Shown in pieces: positions 37,901 to 46,704 of a DNA stretch of 64,000 nucleotides. This DNA comes from Amphiscolops sp. MND2022 (taxonomy: Eukaryota), in assembly GCA_964187785.1 (NCBI GenBank), contig OZ076414.1, positions 26,908,001 through 26,972,000 on the forward strand, given 5' to 3'. Both the position numbers and the translations under genes were made by a program. Under the pieces are notes generated by a model. The model did no database searches. It had not been told where the DNA came from and saw only the letters and a list, made by a program, of their open reading frames with translations. The number at the start of each line of letters is the position of its first letter. The first letter of the stretch is position 1.

Positions 37901-39510
37901 CTTGGTCCTGGAGTGGACGCTCTTGGCACCTGAAATAACTAAGGTAGTTCCCTTTTGCATTATTTATACTCTTTTCCTACTACAAAGCGTAATCCGTTGG
38001 TTGTTTATAGGCTATCAAACCGTGCAAGCTCGAAGTCGTGAACCTTCCATAGATGTGCCAGGAAATCCAGACACACTGGTCTTCAATCAGTTCCTTCCTT
38101 AGTGCTAACGCCACTTCCCATGAGATGCATTCCGTGATCAATCAGGTTTGTTTCTTGTAGCTCAGGGGAACTTTAGTCTACTAAATAGGAGACCATAAAT
38201 CCGATTTAGATATGCAGCAAAGCCTTGAATGGACCATAATTCATGACGATCTATTCACCACTCGGCTGGAATTCTTGCACGAATTGATATGAGATTGTGA
38301 GTATAGTTCTTGGCGTTCCAGTACAAGTTTCCTTCCGGGGTTTGCATTTTCACATGTTTAGACGTCAATAGCTTCACTATCAGATTTGGAGGACAGCGAG
38401 ACAGGTCCTTTCACTACTACAGAGAGCTCTGCAAGTAATTGTTTGCGATCGCCAAACGATGTGTCAACGCTAAGAACTTCCCTCAGAAGCGGATTTCACG
38501 AAAATCCTTTACTTACCCATTGCTGAAGCCAAAGCACTCAATGTCACGGAGTTCCTATCCCGAATGAAGTTCGGAACAAAGTTCGATCATGCTTGTAAAG
38601 TCAAGGCGGAGGGAGAAAAGCATGACAAGAAGTACCAAAAGAGCCTCTAGAATCAGTCATCAAGTCTGTCAAGAAGGAGTTTGGTCGACTAGCGCGGAGC
38701 TACCTAGTTTACCTCCTAAGTGAGACCCAAAGTCTCAAGGGCCTCACCACAAACATTATCCGTGAACTGTGTGCTTTTGACCTGAACACGCTTCTGGTTG
38801 ATCCCTTGGAACTGGGTACATATTGCTTTGGCCAATTGTTCAGTAGTTTCCGTCTACGAGGTTACTATACCATTACTGAGGAGTCCCAATGCCTCGATGA
38901 GTACGTCACCTTTGTGGATGATCTTCGACAACGGTGTACTTGAAGGAATCAACCCACTTTCTTCATCCCTGATTCAATAGAGTTCCTGTTAGGACAAGAG
39001 ACCCTGCAGTCTCGGCCCCTCCTCCACAAAATCTTCCGGCTGAGTTGCCTATGTATCGATGAGCTCTTTGTAGAGCTCCCAGTGATCACGTTTTGGGATT
39101 TCAATTCGGACGACCCTACTAGTCAGCTGATTGACCTTATTCAACCTGTCCTGTCCTACTTCACTAATGTGGCACGAGGAGTGGAAGTCATGACTAGAGA
39201 AGAGTCTGTGTCCAAGTTTCTTGCACTGGAACCCACATTCGGTACTTCTGCACTTAGTGATGTTTACTGCCCATGGTTGAGCGTTGCCTTCTTTGGGAGA
39301 GCTCGGATTCTCGAGGGGTTGTTTCCTGCCAAGTCATGCCAGCGCGACGCCGGGTCCCCAAGCAAGTCCTGTGGAGTTGAGTCGATCGAACCGCCCAAGA
39401 CCATTTAAATTCCCCGAGGAAAGAAACACCCGTAAGAGTACTTCAAGTCGTGATCGCTCATCTTCTGGCGACACCCTCCATGCTTGTACTAGTGCCAGTA
39501 AATCTTAATT
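35000..39510 (+). pseudogene. Multi-exon antisense accessory gene of element A (disordered N-terminus, zinc finger, hAT-transposase-like body)
   Basis: ORFs 35000-35743, 35740-36963, 37074-37364, 37488-38102 and 39082-39408 join through frameshifts and phase-0 GT-AG introns (37347-37457, 37944-38010, donor 38146). Zinc finger FYCQICKGNVSIYGKGAREILRH*ATERH at about 36875-36960, reconstructed across a 1-nt frameshift. Confidence 0.82.
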
Positions 39511-39688
39511 GTACATAGAGTACAATTGTACTTTCACAGACATTTGATTAAATAAACTTGTTTGAAGTTTGTAGTTATTATCTGATCGTACGAGTACTAT
39601 CTTTTGTTCATTCTATACAAGAAAGTCTCTCAGTCAGTGGAGTCTCCTACAAGTTAGTTAATAAAAAGACTGTAATTTCTACGTCTGA

Positions 39689-41250
39689 CTAATATCTGTA
39701 TTCATCAGTGAAGTTGGGGGTGGGGTTAGGACAACGGTTATATTTCCCTCCTCTAGGACTTTCATTTTCCGCAGTCATATCTTCTTCATCATCTAATACT
39801 TCGGGCACGATAGTATCGCTCTCTCCTGATGATTGGTGGTCATCAAGCCAATCAATCGTGCTTTCTGAGGGTGCTTTTTCAAGCGGTTCGGAAATGCTAT
39901 TTTCATGTCGCCCGGTGGACCGAAAGTCCACATTGGTAAAAATTTCGTCTGGTGAGCTGGCGTTGTCCACAATACCATGAGAGGCGTCTGCGGTATCGAG
40001 ACGCGTGGGATATATGACTTCGTCGGTTGAATCGGGAAATTCTCCAAAATTGGTTTCCCACGTGATGACGTACAGGTCATCCTGCGGGATAATGATTTCA
40101 TCGTCCGGTTGTAAATTGCCTTCCGTTCTGATATCTTGTAGTACATTGTTCGGTTCATATTTGCGTAGTCTGATACGGTGTAAAAATTGCGTTTTGTTGG
40201 AATTGAGTTTTCTGACTATATAATTTTCATTCGGTAACGCTTTTTTCACAATATAGGGTCCTGTCCATCGATATTCGGCCAACGGAATTTTCGATCCTTG
40301 ATGGTCAGCAAAAGGTTGGAGTATAAAACAGTAGTAATTTTTTCTTAGAGGAGCTGTTTTGGCCTTTCGGTCGTAATATTCTTTGTATTTCAATTAGGAT
40401 TGCATGATGTTTTTCTTTGTCGAGTCTAGTAATATTTGCGTGCGTCTTTGAAATTCATCTGCAAAGTCTGTAGTCGGGAGGACCTTCGGGTTTGGATAAA
40501 GGCCCATTTTGTGATCTAGAATGTTGTATGGGATTCTTCCGTGGACGATTTTGGAAGGTTCACAGCCCAGGGTAGCGTGATAAGTCGTGTTGTAATTTAA
40601 TACAACTAAAGGCAAGTGTTTATGCCACTGTCGCCTGTAGTCCTCTGAGGCCATCTTGAGAATCGTTTCGAGACTAGCGTGAGTCCGCTCTAATTTGCCG
40701 ATGGTTTGCGGATCTTTTGTTGTTGCACATTTCACTGCAACTCCCAAAATTTGAGCAACTTCGGCTACTAATTTGGACGTAAAGGCTGTCCCCTTGTCCT
40801 TTATCAAGGTAGTAGGTAAGTAAGTATGTTTGGTCATTATGTCTATAATGACCCTAGCCGTATTTGTGGCTGAAGCGTCGGTGACTGGATATGCAAAAAG
40901 ATATCGTGAAAACACGTCCATTGCGGTTATGGTATTTTCGTATCCACCGCTTGGGGGCAGGTTTGGTAAAAAATCAAATTGCATTGCGTCTTCTGGACCT
41001 AAGTCCCATTCAGGCAGATTTAGTAGTTCAGGTGTTATGGATGCGTTTAGAATTCTTTTGTCTTTTATACAAATTTCGCAACCTTGAACCGATTTTTTTA
41101 CTATTGTAGCAATGCCCGGGTATTATAATTTTTGACGAATTTCTATGAGCATCTTGGATATGCCAGAGTGTTTATTACCTTTGCCGTGTAAGGATTCAAG
41201 CAGTTCTTGAAACAGATGTTTTGGTAATAGCACTTGATTGTATTTGACGG
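39689..41250 (-). pseudogene. pol: Integrase of element A (HHCC, DDE core, GPY/F motif)
   Basis: H..H..CxxC region at about 41060-41225; core 40394-40984 (DFLP..DKG..LERTH); WTGPY in 39689-40393. Confidence 0.92.
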
Positions 41251-41301
41251 ATCCCGTTCGTCAAAATACCGTCTAGAGATAATTTCATCCGTGACGGATA
41301 G

Positions 41302-43110
41302 TCAGTCCATTTGGCGACAGTATTGTTGGTAACGGTTATCTTGCAATAGGATGGTTTCTGAGTAGCTTTTTCTCAATGTTTTTAAGCGCAGTTGTTGTGA
41401 AATGACATCGTTGTTTTGTTCTACTGCTATAGAGTTCATGTATGACAGTTTTTGAAGTGTAGAGAGTTTGTGGTAATCACTTTTGCGTGTAGTGAATTTT
41501 TCGAATGAGATTTCGAGTAATTGGTTTGCTGGATGGTTCCTAGCGTCTTTCTTACATTGTAAAATTTGTTCCTCTGTTTCGTCGTACTCCTCTGTGTAAA
41601 CGATTTGTTCCTCTTCGGACACTCCGGCCGATTGGACGTGTAGTTCAATTGGTGTTGTAGGGATATCCTCCTTCATTCTGAAGATTAATTTCTCTTTTGG
41701 AGAGATTTCCAGACGTGAGAGGTAATCAGCGGCTGTGTTGTTTTTACCGGGAATATGTGCTATTGTGAAATTGAACTGAATAACATAATCACAAGCATTC
41801 CATAGTGTTGGCGCAATAATTTTTGTCTGAAAAAATCGCGTGACGGACTTGTTGTCTGTGAGTATAATCACCGGTTTTGGGGTTCCCCAAAAGATATATC
41901 CAAATTCTTTGAAGGCAAAGACGATTGCCAAGAATTCTTTCACGTAGATGGACATCTTCAATTGGGTAGAACTAAAGGTCTTTGATCCGTAAGCTACTGG
42001 TGCGAAAGATTTCCTCGTTGAGGTATAATTTTCAGAGGGATCGTCTTCGATGAGAACTGCATACCCTGCGGCCGAAAAACTGGCATCCGTCATAAGGGCT
42101 ATTTGTTTGTTTGGCAAGGGCTGTTTGAGTGCCAGTTCACAACATCGATCAAGAGCCTTGTTGATCTCGGTGAATTTTTCCAATAGGTCTGGTGTTACCA
42201 GGACTTTTTCATCTTTAGGGAGTAATTTGAAAAACGGTGTTAGTTTTTCTGATAGCCTTGAGATGTAATTCCGATAATAGTTCAGGAATCTTAAGTAACG
42301 CTGCAGTGCTTTCTTGGATTTTGGGAATTTTGTATTCTCTAGGAAGTTTTCGACCCGTGGTCTCTGTGGCTTCACTCCAGAAGGAGTGATGTTACGTCCC
42401 AGAAAATCAATTTCCGTTGCACCAAAGTGACATTTATGCATGGTAAATTTCAGACCAGCCTTTTGAGTGCACTGAAATGTGGCCCTCATGTTACTGATAA
42501 GTTGTTCGGCATTGTTGGCAGCGATGCCAATGTCATCTACATATTGGGCACATTGGTCTGCTTTGATGACGTTGTCCAAATATTCACGCATAAGTCTCGA
42601 AAAGGCCGATATGGCTCTACTAAGTCCTTGTGCCAAACGTCGATATGCGAAGGTTCTGCTGGCAATGTTGGAAGCAAGCATTTCGATGGACCTCTGGTCG
42701 GCCATGTGTAAGCAATGATATGCTTGCGAGCAGTCCAGTTTGCAACATAGTTTTTTACCAGCCATGTGTTGGGCTGCTTCTGTGAGTGTACTCACGGGAT
42801 GGTTTTTATTTATATAATCGTTAGAAATAAGATTATTGAATTTGCGCAAATCGACTAGCAGTCGTAATTTGCCATTAGGTTTCTTTTGGGCAAAAATTGG
42901 ACTCGCGTATTTGGAAAATGGGAGTGTGGTAATTATCCCGTAGCGATGTAGGAATGCTAATTCCACAAGGATGTCTTCCTTGAGGTTGATCGGTGTTGGT
43001 AAACTTTGACTATAGGCCGGGGAGTCATCTTTGGGCGTCAATTTGACCTTGAAGTCTTCGTTCATACCTATGTCAAATCGATGTCTTGAAGATGTCGTGG
43101 AATTCGACAA
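41302..43110 (-). CDS. pol: Reverse transcriptase and RNase H of element A (602-aa open frame)
   Basis: YASPIFAQKKPNGKLRLLVDLR, KLDCSQAYH, QYVDDIG; RNase H TDAS..KEFLA..LTDNK..AADYLSR. Confidence 0.95.
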   Translation of the reverse strand: MSNSTTSSRHRFDIGMNEDFKVKLTPKDDSPAYSQSLPTPINLKEDILVELAFLHRYGIITTLPFSKYASPIFAQKKPNGKLRLLVDLRKFNNLISNDYINKNHPVSTLTEAAQHMAGKKLCCKLDCSQAYHCLHMADQRSIEMLASNIASRTFAYRRLAQGLSRAISAFSRLMREYLDNVIKADQCAQYVDDIGIAANNAEQLISNMRATFQCTQKAGLKFTMHKCHFGATEIDFLGRNITPSGVKPQRPRVENFLENTKFPKSKKALQRYLRFLNYYRNYISRLSEKLTPFFKLLPKDEKVLVTPDLLEKFTEINKALDRCCELALKQPLPNKQIALMTDASFSAAGYAVLIEDDPSENYTSTRKSFAPVAYGSKTFSSTQLKMSIYVKEFLAIVFAFKEFGYIFWGTPKPVIILTDNKSVTRFFQTKIIAPTLWNACDYVIQFNFTIAHIPGKNNTAADYLSRLEISPKEKLIFRMKEDIPTTPIELHVQSAGVSEEEQIVYTEEYDETEEQILQCKKDARNHPANQLLEISFEKFTTRKSDYHKLSTLQKLSYMNSIAVEQNNDVISQQLRLKTLRKSYSETILLQDNRYQQYCRQMD

Positions 43111-43690
43111 GTAATTCCTCTATGCGAGAGATTTCGGCGGTTCGTAGCATAGAGTCTGCCCTGTCAAAATTGGACAAAAATTGTGGTCTTGACTCATGGT
43201 CATCTTGAGGACTGAGTTTCTCTAATTCTTGGAGATTGATGAGCTCGGACAAAATTCTTTTCTGGACTGGCGTATGATGCTGAGGATCCCCAGGGTCTCT
43301 TGGTGTGGGAAACCAGTAGTTTTCCTTGATGTCCTCAGGTTTTGTAGATTTGATCAGGCTACTCGCATAGTAAGCATCATTCTCTGGTTTAGCCTGCAAT
43401 AGGTGCCATGTGGTCACGGGGTCTATTGGTTTGACATATTTCATCTGTTCTAGTGTTAGGACAGTGAATTTAGCGACCTGTGTGCTCCTTTTGAGGGTGT
43501 AGGGACTGTCGGTAAAATTGTTCAGGTGGATTGATACTTGACCATTGGTCAAGGTGACTAGAGCAGCACAAAAGGCAAAATCGCCATCGTCACTGATGTT
43601 GTTGCTCGGTTGAAGGATCCCAGTAACTGTAGTGTTCTCGTACAGTTGTGAAGCCATTAGGACCGAGTGTCAGTCATTAGGTGGGATGGT
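43073..43690 (-). pseudogene. PR-RT spacer domain, possibly a degenerate dUTPase-like fold
   Basis: DVTIPPND..GILQP..AALVTL..IHLNNFTDSPYTLKRSTQVAKF pattern; no clear intact dUTPase catalytic motifs. Confidence 0.35.
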
Positions 43691-44239
43691 TACATCTTCC
43701 CTAACGCAAATGGGTTCCATGACGTTGGTATATTTGTGGTCAGCGGTCTTTAATTGCATGGAGAAGAAAGGGAAGTTCAGGACTCCTTGTCTCATGTCCA
43801 GAATAGTATTGTTCCGTTGAAGGAACGAAAGACCGATTAATGGACTAGTGAGTTTTTCCATGACTACAAATATCTCGTGGAATTCTATGTCGCCTACTTC
43901 AAATTTCAGCTCGACCGTGCTCTTGGGGGTCTCCAGCTGCCCATTAGCAACCATGATTTGGAAGCTGGGTGCCGGGCCCTCTTTGACAATAGACTGAGGG
44001 GCTAGTAATCGGATTTTACGTAGATCAGCTTCTGGGATTGCACTAGATAGTGCTCTCGTGTCTACAAGGCCATCTAATGTAAGTTCTCCAAAATCCATTG
44101 GGAAATTGAGCATACGGCGCCTATATTTGAGGCCAAGATTGGTTGTCAGCGGTACATAGTCTGGTTCCCCCTGTCTGGTGACTAGGGTGTTCACAAAGCG
44201 TGCTGCAACGGCTGTCGCCAAGGAGACCTGTGGACCCAC
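43670..44239 (-). CDS. pol: Aspartic protease of element A (repeated at 50326-50895 and 57071-57640)
   Basis: LVDTRA (DTG with Gly to Arg) and LIGLSFL flap/GxD-like motif. Confidence 0.88.
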   Translation of the reverse strand: MGPQVSLATAVAARFVNTLVTRQGEPDYVPLTTNLGLKYRRRMLNFPMDFGELTLDGLVDTRALSSAIPEADLRKIRLLAPQSIVKEGPAPSFQIMVANGQLETPKSTVELKFEVGDIEFHEIFVVMEKLTSPLIGLSFLQRNNTILDMRQGVLNFPFFSMQLKTADHKYTNVMEPICVREDVTIPPND

Positions 44240-44719
44240 ACGGTGAGATTCATCGTCAGCTACGGAGTGGGTCGTTTGATGAATGGGGTGAGTACCATGT
44301 TGCCATGGACAACTCGGGCCTTTGCAAGGACCGTGTTCAATGCTCGATCAGTTTCATAAGAATCTGCCTCAATGTTTTGGTTCGGCTTGTTAAAGTTATG
44401 GTAATAGTATAGATGATGTTGATTGTAGGAGTTAGCGTCCCAATAGGGGTCAAAACCATGGTCAGGATCAAAGTAATATGGGTTATAGTCATCAATGAGA
44501 GGTATTATAAGTCGTATAGTAGTAGTTTCGTTTTGTAGTCTGATGGACATAGGGTCCGAAGTGTTGGAAAATGTAGGAGGGGTCTTCACCTGCTGCTGCC
44601 AGTCAGCTAATGATGTGTCTTTAAGTGAGGTATAATATTCAGTATAATATATGTTTGGATGGTCAGATATTATGTTTCGCCGGCACGGAGTTTTTCATTT
44701 ATTTGGAGTCGTGGCAAAT

Positions 44720-45830
44720 CTAGTTTTTTGAGTTTTTCAAAATAGAAGTTGTTTGTTTTTTTTGGGCTTCGTTGTTACTTGTGGACGCCTCCTCAGTTTT
44801 AGAATCCTCTAGTTTGAGGTTTTTGGGCTTGAGGTGGGCTCCTGCGCATTTCCAACATCGTTCCGCCGGGTGGTTTGTTTTGCCGCAAGTTGGACATTTT
44901 GGATCTTTTTTCTTGGTATCCTGCCCGTCATTGCGGCGTTGCTACTCCTTTCTTTTGAGTTTGCGACAGTCAGCTTTGACATGGCCGGGTTTTTTGCAAT
45001 AGTTGCAAGTAATAGTTGGGTCTATTCCCGAGGAAAGAGGGCCAGTTCCCGGTCGTGTTGCTGTGGGGGCAGTGGACATTTTTGGTACTGGAATGTCGTC
45101 CCCCTCCTCAAGTCCATTGAGCTCTAGTTCTCGTTTTAAATGAGTGACAGTTTCGTCATAAGAAGCGTTTTCGAGTCTAGCCATATTGACTGAGCGTTTC
45201 AATTCCGGCGGCAATTTGGCATATAGAAGACTATCGGTCATTGGCTGGGCGTTTTCGGCAAACGCTTTTTCGGCTCGTTGATTGAGTTTTTCAAGGAAGT
45301 TTCGCAATTTCATGGTTTTTTGGTCAAACACCAATCTATGCCATTTGTGTTTGGCGGTAACCTGGGACTCAGGTTTGACGTATTTCCGACGATGTCTTCC
45401 AAGGTTTGCCTGTTTGCCGTATTGATGTTACGGAAAGTTTGTGGGGCATTCTTTTGTAAAAATGAATGAAAATGATTCATTTTCATTGTTTTGGTCATAT
45501 CAGGTTGCATTTTGATCATTGTGTGAAAGAGATCTTCGAAGAGTTCGAATTTCTCTGACTTTCTGTCGAACGCCAGTGTAGTTGTGCTAACTGGGCGTAC
45601 CGTCAGTGTTTGAGCTGATGGACGGTTTTTCATGCCAACTAGTACTTCTGCCAGTCGGTGAAGGGGGTCAGAAGAAGTAGTTGGTGTTGTATCCTCAGGG
45701 ACCTGGGGGGGGTTGTGTCCTGAGGTTCGTCAATGTTGGAATTTTGGTGTTGCGGAGGTTCTCGGGATTGCATGGGACGTCCAGTGAGAAATTCAGGAAC
45801 CATATGTGGGGTAGGTTTGGCTCCTGTCAC
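44720..45830 (-). pseudogene. gag: gag of element A with two CCHC zinc knuckles (repeated at about 51377-52486 and 58122-59229)
   Basis: KFELFEDLFHTMIKMQP, LLYAKLPPELKRS, CNYCKKPGHVKADC, CPTCGKTNHPAERC. Confidence 0.9.
44723..44729 (-). promoter_or_regulatory. -1 ribosomal frameshift slippery heptamer A-AAA-AAC before the gag stop
   Basis: Minus strand reads TCA AAA AAC TAG, and the -1 frame continues LDLPRLQINEK. The same heptamer occurs at 51380-51386, 58125-58131 and in element B at 15572-15578. Confidence 0.7.
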
Positions 45831-45832
45831 CA
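45819..45832 (-). promoter_or_regulatory. Primer binding site TGGTGACAGGAGCC directly after the LTR CA
   Basis: ...CGCGACA|TGGTGACAGGAG. One mismatch from the complement of the common eukaryotic tRNA-Leu 3' end (TGGTGTCAGGAG), so the primer identity is inferred. Confidence 0.75.
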
Positions 45833-45911
45833 TGTCGCGTTTTTGTTCGCTACTATAAGATTCTACTGAACTTTGTCGAGACATTTGACTACTATTCTCC
45901 TGTATAAAACA

Positions 45912-46704
45912 AAAAGTGCGGGACGCAGAATTTCATATGCTTTCAAACGATACACATAACCAGACAATTCTTCTATTGTGATTTGATACCACTTGTACCT
46001 GCTTATTTTTGTTCTGTTGATAATATTATCTTCAAACTCATTGTTGACTGAACTCAAGTTTCAATGCCTTCTACCCGCAAGCAAAAGGCAAAGGAGCGAC
46101 GCTCTAGACAATTAGACATGTTGTCTGACGTAGAAAAAACTGACATAATGCTAGGGAGTTATTCTAGAGAAGACGAAGACAACAATGCAAGTGAGAATGA
46201 GGCCAATTTGGAGTCAGTGTCTAATCGGCCACAGCAAAGTTCAAATGTGATAGGAGACGATTTTAGGTCGTTACTAAATACAAACAGCAGGGAATTAGTG
46301 AAATTACCATTGAAACTACCAGGATGATTAGGGAGGAAATTTCTAATCAGATGTCAAGGAAATTGAACGAGATCAAAAATAGTTTGAATTTTCAAATACA
46401 AGACACGATCAGCAGCGCAATCACTGAGAAACTACCCCTTCAATTCAAAATACATTAGAAATGCAGGGGAGAGCTAATTATCCCACAATGGACCGAGGGT
46501 CCGTCGGGCTACAGGAAAGAACGAATGTAGCTAGTTCCACTATGGGAGACAGGGTGTCCAGTGAGGTACAACGGAACACCGAAGTGGATAATGGCCATAT
46601 ATTATGGGAAAGTCGTTCGAAAAGGTGTTTTATACAGGAGAATAGTAGACAAATGTCTCGACAAAGTTCAGTAGAATCTTATAGTAGCGAACAAAATCGC
46701 GACA
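45912..46704 (+). repeat. Inverted fragment of an A-family LTR (repeated at about 52568-53360 and 59311-60103)
   Basis: Reverse complement of 31721-32512; ORFs 46064-46327 and 46461-46727; ends CGCGACA. Confidence 0.9.

Larger units (their letters stand above)
31721..45911 (-). mobile_element. Ty3/Gypsy LTR retrotransposon, element A (most complete copy; 5' LTR rearranged)
   Basis: LTR tip, PBS, gag, PR, RT, RH, IN, accessory region, PPT and 3' LTR all occur in the expected order on the minus strand. Confidence 0.92.

Noticed and set aside
33130-39510. env gene in the post-pol position
   Set aside because: The large gene is antisense and looks nuclear (zinc finger, basic patches). Neither ORF shows a clear signal peptide, furin site plus fusion peptide, or C-terminal TM anchor.
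41302-43110. Prokaryotic RT system (retron, DGR, group II intron)
   Set aside because: The RT is fused to RNase H and flanked by protease, integrase, gag, PBS and LTRs, which is standard Ty3/Gypsy organisation.
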